Below, one piece after another: positions 1 to 10,284 of a stretch of 64,000 nucleotides of DNA. The stretch is from Abditibacterium sp. Lineage in GTDB: Bacteria > Armatimonadota > Abditibacteriia > Abditibacteriales > Abditibacteriaceae. The notes beneath the pieces were generated by a model that searched no databases, had not been told where the DNA came from, and saw nothing but the letters and a program-made list of their open reading frames with translations. The translations under genes were made by a program, and so were the position numbers. The stretch covers positions 3,840,001 to 3,904,000 of the forward strand of contig CBDASK010000003.1 in NCBI GenBank assembly GCA_965199495.1. The letters run 5' to 3'. How positions within the stretch are numbered: position 1 is the stretch's first letter; every line of letters starts with the position of its first letter.

Positions 1-114
1 TGTATCACCGGCGCGATGCGCCAACCTTATTGACCGACGACGAAACGACTGGCGAATCGCCCTAAACTTCATCCTGCCGCATTCATCACCGCACCTTCAC
101 CGCCGCCCTCATCA

Positions 115-3100
115 ATGCACTTATCCAAACTTCAACTTCACGGATTTAAATCGTTCGCCGACGACACTACGCTCGAATTTGGCGCGGGCATCACCGCCGT
201 CGTCGGGCCGAATGGGTCAGGCAAATCGAATATCGTGGACGGCATTTTGTGGGCGCTGGGCGAACGTTCGCACAAAGCCCTGCGCGGCCACGCCGCCACC
301 GATGTAATTTTTAATGGCGCCGCCTCGCGTAAACCGACCGGTTTGGCCGAAGTTTCGTTGTTCTTCGATAACGCGGATGGCGTTTTGTCGATTGGTTTGA
401 AGGAAGTTCAAGTCACTCGGCGCATTTTCCGCGATGGCGATAACGAATATCGGCTGGGCGGCTCGAAGTGCCGGTTGCGCGATGTAACCGATTTATTTCT
501 CGATACCGGCGTTGGGCCGGACGCCGGTTGCATTATCTCGCAGGGCGAAATCGACGCGATTTTAAGCGCCCGCGCCGAAGATCGGCGCGGTTTAATCGAA
601 GGCGCGGCGGGCATCCAGAAATATCATTCGCGCCGCACGGAAACGCGGCGGCGATTAGACAAAGTTTCCATAGATTTGACGCGCATCGGCGATATTACGT
701 CCGAATTGGAAAAGCAGGTCGGGCCATTGGCGCAGCAAGCCGAAATCGCGCGCGAATACGATCATTTGGTCGCGCGTTTGAAATCGTTGCAACTCGGCGT
801 TTTGGGCCGCGATTATGGTGCGCGCAAAGCGAAATTGGATGCCAGTAAATCGGCGCACACCGAAACCATCGTATTGGTGGACGAAGCGCGTTTGGAAATC
901 GAAAATTTTGAGCGCTTGGAAACTTTGACTTCGCGGCGATTACGCGAATTGGAAGCGCAAGTCGAAACGTTGTCGGGGCAATTAACAGAAAGCGTTTCGC
1001 AATTGAAATCGACCGAAGGCCAAATCGCCGTCGCGCGCGAGCGCCGGCGCGCATTGAGCGAGCAGGGCGAATATCAGGCGCGCGAAATCGGGCATTTGCG
1101 CGCGCGCGTGACGGCGACGCGCGAACAGATTACCACGACGCAAACCGCGATTAAAAACGCGGGCCAAGAGAACTCCGGCCTCAACGTGGCTGCTGCTCAG
1201 GCCGAAAGCAAATTGGGCGAAGCCAACGCGCGTTTATCGGAAGCCGCACGCGAATTGCAAATCGTGCAAAACGGCGTAATCGAAACGCTGCGCGCCGGAC
1301 AGAAACGCCGCGAAGCGATTGCGACCGCGCGCGCCGAAGCTACAGGTTTGGAAAACCGTCTGCGCGAATTGGAACAATTGGGCAAAGGCGGCGGCGAAGA
1401 GATCGAATCTTTGCGCGAAACTCACAATGTCGCGGCGAAAACTTTGGGCGAGCTGCGCGCCCAAATCGCCGACGAAAGCGCGCAAACGGCGGCGCGCGAG
1501 GCGTTGAACGCGGCGCGTGCGGCGGCGAAAAACGCCGCCGAAACTCTGCGCGATGCGCGCGAAAGTCGCGCGAAAATGGCGTCGCGCGCGGCGGCGTTGC
1601 GCGAGTTGGAAGAAAACCTGGAAGGTTTCGCCGGAGGCACGCGCGCGGTTTTAGCCGCCGTCCAAAAAGGCGTTTTGCCCGACGAATATACGCCGGTTGC
1701 CGACGCGATTCGGGCGCCGCAAGAGTTGGAACTCGCCATCGAAATCGCGCTGGGCGCAGGCGTGAATAACTTGATTTGCCCCGACAACGGCGCCGCCAAA
1801 ACCGCGATTGAATTTCTCAAACGCCGCAGCGCCGGACGCGCGACTTTTCTGCCGCTCGATTCATTGCGCAATTCCGGTTTGGGCAACCGCACGCTCGATG
1901 TTTTGAACGACAACGCGGTGCGCGGTTTGGCGTCGGAATTGGTCGAATGCGACGATTATTTTGGCAAAGCGGTGGATTATTTGTTGGGCCGTATTGTCAT
2001 CGTCGAAACGCTGGAAGACGCCACGCGATTGGCGCGGCGCTGCGACAACGGCGCGCGTTTGGTGACTTTGGAAGGCGAACTGGTTTTGGCGGGTGGCGCG
2101 ATAACCGGCGGCGCGGGCAAAGGGCGTGGAAGCGGATTATTGAAGCGCAAACGCGAATTGGACGAATTTGAGGCGCAACTGGCCGATTTGCAGTCGCGCA
2201 TTGATACAGCCACGTCCGACGTGGCTGCATCGAACGAAGCGATTGCCGCGCGCGAAAACGAGTTGCGAATCGCGGGCGAAAATCACAACGAATTGCGGCG
2301 TCAGGGCGCGCGCCAAGAACGCGAAGTCGAAGGTTTGGAGCGCGAAATTCGCAAAATGGGCGGGCAACGCGAAGCCATCGAAAGCCAGATGCGCGCGGCG
2401 CGCGCGCAACTCGAAACCAAATTGGCGGCGCGCGACGTTGAAATCGGCGAGGCGGATTTGGATGACGCGAAATCGAAAGAACTCGAAAGTGCCGTCGAAG
2501 GCGCGCGCGCGGTTGTCGGCACGCGGCAATCCGAAAAAGACGCCATTGCTGCCGAAGTTTCGGATGTGCGCGCGCAGTTTGGTGCGGCGCAGGAACGTTT
2601 GAACGCGATGCGGCGCGAAGTTGGCGAACTCGAACGCGGAATCAAAGAAGCCGAATCGCAAATCAAAGCGAAACAGAGCCAGTTCGACCGCGCCGAAATC
2701 GAAGACGCCGAAATCGTGCGCGCCGAAATCGAAATGGTGGCGAAATTGGAAGAATTGACGCAACGCCGCGCCGATTTGGAATTCGCCACGCGCAAAGCGC
2801 GCGAAGAGCGCGGCGCGGCATTGGAAAAGTTGGAAGAAGTCGGCGCCGGACTAAAATTAGCGCGCCAAAAATTGCACGGCGCCGAAGACGAACTACACAA
2901 AATCGAAGTGCGCATCGCCTCGACAGAAGCCGAAATCGCCGACATGGAACGCCGCTTTCGCGATGAATTTACGCTCGTTCCGGCGTCGGTCGTCGAATGT
3001 CTGGAACACGGCGCGCCCCTTCGCGCGTTCGTGCCGGTTGTTGAGGAAATTGAAGTCGAAGAACACGAATCTGACGGAGAAGAAATCGTCGAAGTTGTAA

Positions 3101-3918
3101 AACCCGAAGATCCAAAAGCGTTGCGAACTCCCGAAGAAGAGTTGGAAATGTTGTTGGCTGAACCCGAAATCGATGCGCCAAAAGCGCCCGCGTTTCCTCT
3201 CGATTTTTTCTTGCGCGACGAGAACTTCGACCGGCGCGGCGCGGGACGCGAAATCGAAGAATTGACGCGCAAAGTGAGCGGACTGGGCCGCGTGAATACC
3301 GGCGCCATTGCGCAATACGAAGCGGTCAAAGAGCGGCTCGATTTTCTGCTTGAACAGCGCGCCGATTTGGAAACCGCGCGCGACGAACTCCATGCGATTA
3401 TGACCGAAATTGATGGGCGCATGAAATCGCAGTTTTTGGAAACTTTTACCGCGATTCGCGAGGCTTTTGCTGAGACTTTTTCGCGCGTTTTCGGCGGTGG
3501 CAAAACGCATCTGTCGCTGACCGATCCGGAAAATTTGCTCGAAACTGGCATCGAACTGCGCGTGCAAATGCCCGGCAAAGCGGCGCAAGATATTTCGCTC
3601 CTTTCGGGTGGCGAACGGGCCTTGACGGCGCTTTCATTCATGATGGCGATTCTGCGCGTGCGCCCGGCGCCGTTCGTGATTTTGGACGAAGTGGACGCGC
3701 CTCTGGATCAATCGAACGTCGGGCGCTTCACCGATTTGCTGCGCGAATTCACCGATACGACGCAGTTCATCGTGATTACGCACAACAACGGCACAATGCA
3801 AGCCGCCGACGTTTTGTATGGCGTCACGCAACAAGAGCAGGGCGTCTCGACGTTGATGAGCGTGCGATTGGCCGAAGAATCCGAAATGCAACGCGAGAAC
3901 GTTTTGGCAGTGGCGTAA
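115..3918 (+). CDS. smc: Chromosome segregation protein SMC
   Basis: N-terminal GFKSF and Walker A GPNGSGKSN, long coiled coils, central hinge (GRATFLPL..GG), C-terminal LSGGE signature and LDEVDAPLD Walker B/D-loop. Confidence 0.97.
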   Translation: MHLSKLQLHGFKSFADDTTLEFGAGITAVVGPNGSGKSNIVDGILWALGERSHKALRGHAATDVIFNGAASRKPTGLAEVSLFFDNADGVLSIGLKEVQVTRRIFRDGDNEYRLGGSKCRLRDVTDLFLDTGVGPDAGCIISQGEIDAILSARAEDRRGLIEGAAGIQKYHSRRTETRRRLDKVSIDLTRIGDITSELEKQVGPLAQQAEIAREYDHLVARLKSLQLGVLGRDYGARKAKLDASKSAHTETIVLVDEARLEIENFERLETLTSRRLRELEAQVETLSGQLTESVSQLKSTEGQIAVARERRRALSEQGEYQAREIGHLRARVTATREQITTTQTAIKNAGQENSGLNVAAAQAESKLGEANARLSEAARELQIVQNGVIETLRAGQKRREAIATARAEATGLENRLRELEQLGKGGGEEIESLRETHNVAAKTLGELRAQIADESAQTAAREALNAARAAAKNAAETLRDARESRAKMASRAAALRELEENLEGFAGGTRAVLAAVQKGVLPDEYTPVADAIRAPQELELAIEIALGAGVNNLICPDNGAAKTAIEFLKRRSAGRATFLPLDSLRNSGLGNRTLDVLNDNAVRGLASELVECDDYFGKAVDYLLGRIVIVETLEDATRLARRCDNGARLVTLEGELVLAGGAITGGAGKGRGSGLLKRKRELDEFEAQLADLQSRIDTATSDVAASNEAIAARENELRIAGENHNELRRQGARQEREVEGLEREIRKMGGQREAIESQMRAARAQLETKLAARDVEIGEADLDDAKSKELESAVEGARAVVGTRQSEKDAIAAEVSDVRAQFGAAQERLNAMRREVGELERGIKEAESQIKAKQSQFDRAEIEDAEIVRAEIEMVAKLEELTQRRADLEFATRKAREERGAALEKLEEVGAGLKLARQKLHGAEDELHKIEVRIASTEAEIADMERRFRDEFTLVPASVVECLEHGAPLRAFVPVVEEIEVEEHESDGEEIVEVVKPEDPKALRTPEEELEMLLAEPEIDAPKAPAFPLDFFLRDENFDRRGAGREIEELTRKVSGLGRVNTGAIAQYEAVKERLDFLLEQRADLETARDELHAIMTEIDGRMKSQFLETFTAIREAFAETFSRVFGGGKTHLSLTDPENLLETGIELRVQMPGKAAQDISLLSGGERALTALSFMMAILRVRPAPFVILDEVDAPLDQSNVGRFTDLLREFTDTTQFIVITHNNGTMQAADVLYGVTQQEQGVSTLMSVRLAEESEMQRENVLAVA

Positions 3919-3921
3919 AAA

Positions 3922-4017
3922 GTAGAGACACCGATTTATCGTGTCTAAAACGTAAACGAACCCGCTAACTTTAGCAAAGGCTTTAACGTTTTAGACACGA
4001 CAAGTCGGTGTCTCTAC
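3922..4017. repeat. GTAG-type REP doublet (inverted pair), family A copy 1
   Basis: gtagagacaccgatttatcgtgtctaaaacgt ... acgttttagacacgacaagtcggtgtctctac; near-identical element at 50796-50890. Confidence 0.85.
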
Positions 4018-4034
4018 GGGGTTAAAGAAAACTA

Positions 4035-5471
4035 TTACTTCGGCAAAAACTTCAACGCCTTCTGCGCTAAATCCGACGCCAATAATTCCTGATAATACGC
4101 GTTGCCCGCTTTATGAACGATTTCTGAGAGCGTCGGGTAGGGAAACATGGCTTCGCCGAATTCGCTGATTAACGCGCCTTCGCGCACGGGAATAATCAGC
4201 GAACCAATCAATTCGCCCGCGTGCGCGCCGATGATATGCGCGCCGACGATGCGGCCACTGCCCGTCGTAATGATGCGCGCGAAACCGCTGGTTTCGCCCT
4301 CAATAATCGCGCGATCTAATTCGCTAAATGGGATATGCCAGGCGCGCGCGCTTTCGCCCCATTCCCGTTTCGCTTGCGCCAAAGTCTGCCCCAGATGCGC
4401 GACTTCGGGATCGGTAAATGTGACCCACGACAAACCGCGACTGTCCAACTTTTGCGCGAGCGGCGCGGGCAAAACCGCGTTGGCTCCAGCGATTTTGCCC
4501 TGATTTTCGGCGACGTGCGTGAAATACGGCCCGCCCGTCGCATCGCCGCACGCCCACACGTTGTTGGCGGAAGTGCGCAAATGCGCATCAACGCCGATGC
4601 CTTTTTTGTCGGCTTTAACGCCAATTTTTTCTAAGCCCAGATTCTCGAAAACCGGAATTTTGCCAATCGAAACCACGATTTCGCCCGCGCTCACGCTTTG
4701 GCCTTTTTCGTCGGGCGTATCGAACCAAACTTTCTTGCGATCATCACTTTCTTCGGCGCGCGTGGCTGTTGCGTTGAGATGAATCGTGATGCCTTCGGCG
4801 CGCAATAATTTCAGCATCAGCGCCGAAACTTCCGGTTCTTCTTTTTCCAAAATGCGTTCGCCGCGCTGTAAAACCGTGACGCGCGCGCCGAAACGCGAAA
4901 ACGCCTGCGCCATTTCAATCGAAACTGGCCCGCCGCCGATGAAAATCAGCGATTTCGGCAAATTCGGTTTGTCGAATAATCCGTCGGGCGCAATAAATCC
5001 GACTTCTTCCAATCCGTCAATTTCGGCCACGCGCGGCGTCGAACCTGTCGCCAAAACGAACTTTTTCGCGGTGAATTTTTGAACGCCGTTTTTGCTTTCG
5101 ATTTCGAGCGTATTGGAATCCAAAAAGCGCGCGCGTCCGCTCAACGTTTGCACGCCCGATTTTTTGAGTGCCTCGCGTTCGGTGGCCTTAATTTCGTCGC
5201 GCACATCGGCCAATCTTAATTTAACTGCCGACCAAATCAGACGCGGTTTTTCGAGATGAACACCAAATTCGGCGGCACCTTTGACGGTGTAAAACACACG
5301 CGCGCTTTTCAATAAAGTTTTCGATGGCACGCAGCCACGCCACAGACACTCGCCGCCGACTTTATCGGCTTCGATGAGAGTGGCGCGCGCGCCCAGCGAA
5401 GCAGCCACGGCGGACGACACGAGGCCAGCAGTTCCGCCGCCAATTACGGCGACATCGGTATCAAATTGCAT
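4035..5471 (-). CDS. Pyridine nucleotide-disulfide oxidoreductase (dihydrolipoamide dehydrogenase/MerA-like family)
   Basis: GxGxxG FAD motif, GGECLWRGCVPSK redox disulfide, NAD-binding GGGP, C-terminal dimerisation domain with YPTLSE. Confidence 0.9.
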   Translation of the reverse strand: MQFDTDVAVIGGGTAGLVSSAVAASLGARATLIEADKVGGECLWRGCVPSKTLLKSARVFYTVKGAAEFGVHLEKPRLIWSAVKLRLADVRDEIKATEREALKKSGVQTLSGRARFLDSNTLEIESKNGVQKFTAKKFVLATGSTPRVAEIDGLEEVGFIAPDGLFDKPNLPKSLIFIGGGPVSIEMAQAFSRFGARVTVLQRGERILEKEEPEVSALMLKLLRAEGITIHLNATATRAEESDDRKKVWFDTPDEKGQSVSAGEIVVSIGKIPVFENLGLEKIGVKADKKGIGVDAHLRTSANNVWACGDATGGPYFTHVAENQGKIAGANAVLPAPLAQKLDSRGLSWVTFTDPEVAHLGQTLAQAKREWGESARAWHIPFSELDRAIIEGETSGFARIITTGSGRIVGAHIIGAHAGELIGSLIIPVREGALISEFGEAMFPYPTLSEIVHKAGNAYYQELLASDLAQKALKFLPK

Positions 5472-5493
5472 TGGGAATAGTTAAACACTACAC

Positions 5494-5611
5494 GCCACAA
5501 AGAACACAAATGAAATTGAATCAACGGAGACCGGTCTAAAATTCTAAAAAATCTTTGGAGAATTATCTTCGTTAATTCAATCTCATTTGCCTTCTTCGTG
5601 TTCTTTGTGGC
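5494..5611. repeat. Inverted-repeat element family B (CCACA..G.ACACA.A arms) copy 1
   Basis: gccacaaagaacac ... gtgttctttgtggc; related to 17337-17486 and 26835-26965. Confidence 0.7.
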
Positions 5612-6756
5612 TAAAAATTTTGTCCGAACGCGCTCGCATAACCCGTCATTTCGAGATAGCCAACGCCGCTCAAGGCGCGCCCATTTTTTGTGCCGCGCGC
5701 TGTGACGCTGCCTTCCCAATACGCCAAATTCGCGCCCGTGCGCGAGGGCCGCAATTCTTGATTGGAAACGCTCGGCGTCACGATTAAATTCATCTTTTCG
5801 CGCGGCAACGCAATGCGCCATTTCGCCGGGTAAGTCGCGCCCGTAGCGGGCGAATTCCAACGCGAAAGCGGCGTCAATTGAAATTCGGACAATTTCAAAT
5901 GGCGCGCTACGCCATTTTTCTCGATCAAAGTGCCCGACGAATACGGCTCGGTTTTGCCGTTTTTAAGTCGCAACCGGTAAACCATCAATTCGCGGCCATC
6001 GTTAAATTGCAAAGCGAACCAATCCCAGCCGACCTGACTTTTATCCATCTGATTCGAGCCGTATTCGTGATCGAACCAACTTTGCCCCGTCACGCTCAAT
6101 CTTTCGTTGCCAACGACTAAAGTCCCTGACGTTACGAGCCGCGTATAAGAATAATAATGCGAAGCGCGCCCGCGTCCCGCCGATTTTTGCGAAACGCCGT
6201 TTTCTCCTTGAATTACCGGTGGCTTAAGCGCGCTTTGATGGAGATTGAGCGCGAAACTCTGGCCGTTTGTCGCCGTCGCGTCGCTGAGGCCGTGCGCACG
6301 AATCGTTTGATTTTCGCCGCTCTTGCCGTCGAATTTCAAAACCCAATCGCCGCACCAAATACGCGGAGATTTGCTATTGAAATCGGCGCCGTTCAAACCT
6401 AAATTGGCGCGCCCGATGCGGTCGGTGAAATAAAATTTGCGCCCGTTTTCGTCGGTCAGTGCGAAGTGCGCGAACATCAAATCGCGCGCGGCCCACTTCG
6501 ATTGGCGATGGATTTCGGGCGCCAACGCGGTGCGAAACCACGTCAATTGATAACCGAATTTGCGGCCATCTTTGGTTTTTAAATGGCCGGTATAATACCA
6601 CCATTCGGTCGCATAAGCCGGATGCGAATTGTGATCGCGCGGAAACGCAAACGTGTAGGGCGGCACAGCCAATTTGAACTGCGCGGCGGCGTGGCTGCTT
6701 GTTGGCCCGCATAATGGCATCAGCAAAAGACAAAGAAAAACCCGAAACGCTCGCAT
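5611..6756 (-). CDS. Secreted AttH/CrtC-like lipocalin-domain protein
   Basis: FPRDH..HP.Y.TEWWYYTG, W.DHE, GWDWF and YWEG..GYLEMTGY motifs; start moved to MRAFRVFLCLL, which gives a signal peptide. Confidence 0.88.
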   Translation of the reverse strand: MRAFRVFLCLLLMPLCGPTSSHAAAQFKLAVPPYTFAFPRDHNSHPAYATEWWYYTGHLKTKDGRKFGYQLTWFRTALAPEIHRQSKWAARDLMFAHFALTDENGRKFYFTDRIGRANLGLNGADFNSKSPRIWCGDWVLKFDGKSGENQTIRAHGLSDATATNGQSFALNLHQSALKPPVIQGENGVSQKSAGRGRASHYYSYTRLVTSGTLVVGNERLSVTGQSWFDHEYGSNQMDKSQVGWDWFALQFNDGRELMVYRLRLKNGKTEPYSSGTLIEKNGVARHLKLSEFQLTPLSRWNSPATGATYPAKWRIALPREKMNLIVTPSVSNQELRPSRTGANLAYWEGSVTARGTKNGRALSGVGYLEMTGYASAFGQNF

Positions 6757-6815
6757 AATAGCCGGGCGTTTCGGGTGGGTTTGTGGTTCCTGCACAATGA
6801 AGTTAAAAGATTTTA

Positions 6816-7055
6816 CTATTCGCCTTGCAGCCATTTCGAGCAGGTGTCGTGCTCAAACATCGTTCTACCACAATAAACCGATTCGCGGTTAGTGCAATGG
6901 CCCCAATCGTCGTCTGTGCGCGCAAATTTGCGGCAATCTCCGCATTGCTCGGCATGAAAATGCGTTTTCTCGTCGTTAGTGTTGACGGGACGATTGCATC
7001 GGTCACACCAAATAACGAATAAATTGCCGGTTTGTGGATTGATTTTTCTGGCCAT
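6816..7055 (-). CDS. Small Cys-rich protein (DUF3027-like)
   Basis: CxxC..CGDC..DWGHC.N.ES..CGR..FEH..C pattern; starts 2 bp after the response regulator stop. Confidence 0.65.
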   Translation of the reverse strand: MARKINPQTGNLFVIWCDRCNRPVNTNDEKTHFHAEQCGDCRKFARTDDDWGHCTNRESVYCGRTMFEHDTCSKWLQGE

Positions 7056-7057
7056 TG

Positions 7058-7417
7058 TTAATGCGATAACTGTTCGATTTTCGCCAGCAATTCTTGCGGC
7101 AAAATCGGTTTGTGCAACAGCAAATCGGCGCCCGCTTCGTCGGCTTTTTCCGAGGCTTCGTTGTCGCCATAAGCCGTGAACATCACGATGGGAACATCGC
7201 TGCCGCCATCGAGATCGCGGATCGCTTTGACCGCGTCGAAACCGTTCATTTCTGGCATCTCGACATCCATGATAATCGCGTCGAACTTCTCTTCGGTCGC
7301 CGCCTCGACGGCCTCGCGCCCATTAGCCGCCAGACGCGTCGAGTGGCCCTGAATTCCAAAGGCCAATTGGAAAACATCGCGCGTGTCGGGCAAATCATCA
7401 ACAAATAAAATCCGCAT
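7058..7417 (-). CDS. Single-domain CheY-like response regulator
   Basis: MRILFVDD, D(phosphoacceptor)VEMPEMNG, TA, KP motifs; start moved to 7417. Confidence 0.92.
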   Translation of the reverse strand: MRILFVDDLPDTRDVFQLAFGIQGHSTRLAANGREAVEAATEEKFDAIIMDVEMPEMNGFDAVKAIRDLDGGSDVPIVMFTAYGDNEASEKADEAGADLLLHKPILPQELLAKIEQLSH

Positions 7418-7466
7418 AATCTTACAAAGTGTGCATTGAACTTGCAAAAGCCGTTCCCGCTTGGGG

Positions 7467-7562
7467 AAGGGACAAGTGGCAAGGGACAAGGAGCAAGGAG
7501 ATATTTGCTTAAAGTTGTCGCGCTTTCAAACCTTGTCCCCTGTTCCTTGCCACTTGTCCCTT
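7467..7562. repeat. Inverted heptamer-tandem element family C copy 1
   Basis: aagggac-aagtggc-aagggac-aaggagc-aagg ... ccttgtc-ccctgtt-ccttgcc-acttgtc-cctt. Confidence 0.75.
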
Positions 7563-7567
7563 TGAAT

Positions 7568-10168
7568 TCATTCGCGTTGTAGCGCCGACGCCAGATTGCG
7601 CCGCGCCGCCGCGCGCGCCGGAAAAACGCCTGCGCCCAACGCCGCCCCCAATGCGAGGGCGAAGGCTTGCACGAAGACCATCGGCTCGACCGAAGGAAAA
7701 ATCGTCCAGCCGAAAAATTGGCGGTTGATGACGAAAATCATTTCGCCCGCCAGCAACAATCCGGCGATGCTGCCCAGAATCCACGACACGCCGCCCAACA
7801 GCGCGAATTCCCACAACGCCATCGCGCGGATTTGTTTCTGCGAAGCGCCCATCGCGCGCAACGCCGCCAGTTCGGTCGTGCGTTCGAGCATCATCGAAAC
7901 CAAAGTGTCGAACACGCCAATCGCAGCCACGACGACAGCGATGAGTTGCAGCGCGTAAGTCACGGCGAAAGTTTGGTCGAAGGTATCGAAAACCTGACGG
8001 CGAATTTCGCGGTTGGGCAACAGCGCGAGCGCGTATTTAGCGCCGAACTTTTCGTTGATTTTACGCTTGATTTCTTCGCCACTCCCGCTTTTGAGATAAA
8101 GCGCGAGTCCATCAATTTGGTCGTCATTCCACAATTTTCGGTAGGTCGAAAGCGGCAGATAAAACACCGAATTGGGATTATAATCATAGAAAACACCGCT
8201 AATCGGAAACGATTTTTCGCCGAGTGGCGTCGGCACTTTTAAGACGCCGCCCGCTTTGAGTTTCAGCTCGTTGGCCAATCGCTCCGAAACCAAAATCGCG
8301 TTGCCCGCCAGATAATCGCGTAACGCCGTGGCTGCTCCGTCGCGCGTCGAGACAAAACGCAAAACGCGTTGTCCGCTTTGAAATGACGGCAAATCGTTGG
8401 CGAAAACCGTTACCGGTTGGCCGTCAATCTCGACCTGCGCCTGACGCACTTTGTCCACGGTTGTTACGCCCGGCAAACTCGCGGCGAAAGCGGTGACTTC
8501 GGCGGGCAAACCCGGCCCGCGTTCGCCCGAAAAACCGCCCGAAGTCGCGATGAAAATATCGGCGCTAATGGTGCCGTTGATCCAATCGGCGACGGTATTG
8601 CGAAACGAACCGACCATCACGTTCATGCCAATTGTTAAGGCCAGCGAAACCAGAAGCGCCGCGATGACCAGACTGGAACGGTTGAGCGCGCGCCGCAAAT
8701 TATCGGCGGCCAAAGCGCCCGCGATGCCACCAAAACGTTCGGCCAATGGGCGCAAAACGCGCGCGAACCAATTGAGTAAAAGCGGCACCATCAAAGCCAC
8801 GCCGCCCAAAGTCGCGCCCGCCGCGACAAATCCGAGCAAAGGCGAGCGGCCCGAAACCGACGGCAAACACAAAACGCCCGCCGCGATTAAACAAACAACG
8901 CCAGCGATGAACAAACGCGGCGCCCAATTTTCCAGCAACGTGTGTAGCGACGAACCCGACAACGCCGCGCGCGGTGTCGTCGAAGCGGCTTCCGAAGCGG
9001 CAGGAATCGCCGCCAGAACGCTGATAATTGTTCCGGCGCACAACGACGCGGGTAGCAGCCACGCCGGGATAAACAGTTCGCGCGCTTTGACCGCCAGATA
9101 CAACTGCGAGACGGTTGTGGCGACCGCGCCCAGCGTCCATTTGGCCAAAATCACGCCGATTCCGAAGCCGACGAGCGAACCGAAAAACCCGATTATCGCT
9201 GCCTCGCCCAGAAACAAACGCATGATTTGCCCGCGTTGCGCGCCGACCGCGCGCAAAATGCCCGCTTCGGCGCGCCTTCGCACGACGGCAGAGGCGAGCG
9301 CGTTATAAATCAAAAACGCGCCGACAAACGCGGCGATGCTGGACAATGCCGTGAGATTCAGTTGAAACGCGCCCAACATCGCGCCGATTTGCGCGCCCCG
9401 TTGCGCGGGCCGCGCGATGGTCGCGTCGGGCGGCAAAAGCGGAGTTAATTCGGATTTGATTTTATCAATCGCTTCGTCGTCAACGATTAAATCAATTTGA
9501 TCGATGTGCCCCAATTCGCCCAGCGCTTCCTGCGCGGCGGCGATGTCGAGCAGGGCATAGTCGCCACCAAACGCGCGGCCCGATGCTTCATCGGTCAAAA
9601 TCGTGGCGACTTTAAACGTCTCGGTGCGCGGCCCAATATTCAATTCGAGCGGCGAACCAATTTTCAACTTCGCCTTGTTCGCCAATTCGCTCGAAACCGC
9701 GATGGCTTTTGGATCCAGTAAAAATCGAATCGCGCCCGAACTATCGCGTCCGGCGACAGGCGCGTTTTGGCCGCGCGTTTCGCGCATCGAATTATCGAGC
9801 GAACTGTCGCGGAATTCGAGTTGCGAAAAGAAATCAACGCCGCTTACCAAAAGCGATGTTTTGAGTTGCGGCGCGTAAAGCGTGCGCGAAATTAGCGGCG
9901 TGCTGGCTTTAATACGTGGATCGCCGCGCTCCATAATTTCGCCTAAAAGTTCGTCGGGCAAACCACTCGAACCGCCGCGAATTTGCAGGTTGGCGCGACC
10001 AGCCACGGCGTCGAGCGAAGCTGAAAACGCGCCCAAAACCGACGCGTTGGCGATCTGAATCGCTACCCAAACCGCGATGCCCAGCGCCACGCCCAAACCC
10101 GCCAAAACAAACGCGCCGCGATGGCGGAGCCAATAGCGCAACGACAAATAGCGCAATCCAATAAGCAT
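7568..10168 (-). CDS. FtsX/MacB-type ABC transporter permease (AttF/G-like double-domain)
   Basis: Two MacB-periplasmic plus FtsX repeats, RRRAEAGILRAVGA and ERTTELAALRAMGAS motifs, C-terminal VINRQFFGW. Confidence 0.9.
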   Translation of the reverse strand: MLIGLRYLSLRYWLRHRGAFVLAGLGVALGIAVWVAIQIANASVLGAFSASLDAVAGRANLQIRGGSSGLPDELLGEIMERGDPRIKASTPLISRTLYAPQLKTSLLVSGVDFFSQLEFRDSSLDNSMRETRGQNAPVAGRDSSGAIRFLLDPKAIAVSSELANKAKLKIGSPLELNIGPRTETFKVATILTDEASGRAFGGDYALLDIAAAQEALGELGHIDQIDLIVDDEAIDKIKSELTPLLPPDATIARPAQRGAQIGAMLGAFQLNLTALSSIAAFVGAFLIYNALASAVVRRRAEAGILRAVGAQRGQIMRLFLGEAAIIGFFGSLVGFGIGVILAKWTLGAVATTVSQLYLAVKARELFIPAWLLPASLCAGTIISVLAAIPAASEAASTTPRAALSGSSLHTLLENWAPRLFIAGVVCLIAAGVLCLPSVSGRSPLLGFVAAGATLGGVALMVPLLLNWFARVLRPLAERFGGIAGALAADNLRRALNRSSLVIAALLVSLALTIGMNVMVGSFRNTVADWINGTISADIFIATSGGFSGERGPGLPAEVTAFAASLPGVTTVDKVRQAQVEIDGQPVTVFANDLPSFQSGQRVLRFVSTRDGAATALRDYLAGNAILVSERLANELKLKAGGVLKVPTPLGEKSFPISGVFYDYNPNSVFYLPLSTYRKLWNDDQIDGLALYLKSGSGEEIKRKINEKFGAKYALALLPNREIRRQVFDTFDQTFAVTYALQLIAVVVAAIGVFDTLVSMMLERTTELAALRAMGASQKQIRAMALWEFALLGGVSWILGSIAGLLLAGEMIFVINRQFFGWTIFPSVEPMVFVQAFALALGAALGAGVFPARAAARRNLASALQRE

Positions 10169-10284
10169 GAAGAGAGTTTAAGGCGCGCCGAAAGTCCGCT
10201 TGGTGCGCGTGGCTCATTGCTGTGTGTGAGTGCCGAAGATGTTACTTAATGCGAAGTTCCTCCCAAAGTTCAGGCTCGCGCGCT

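Noticed and set aside
63..113. Degenerate pyrimidine-rich short repeats upstream of smc (ttcatc/ttcacc/ctcatc)
   Set aside because: May be a lone family-C-like arm, but too degenerate and no partner arm is visible in the window
2301..3641. 446-aa antisense ORF (and many similar shadow ORFs across the window)
   Set aside because: Lies opposite smc; Ser/Arg-rich mirror translation expected in GC-rich DNA with few antisense stops
4035..5471. Mercuric reductase MerA
   Set aside because: No C-terminal Cys-Cys pair, no N-terminal metal-binding domain, no mer operon
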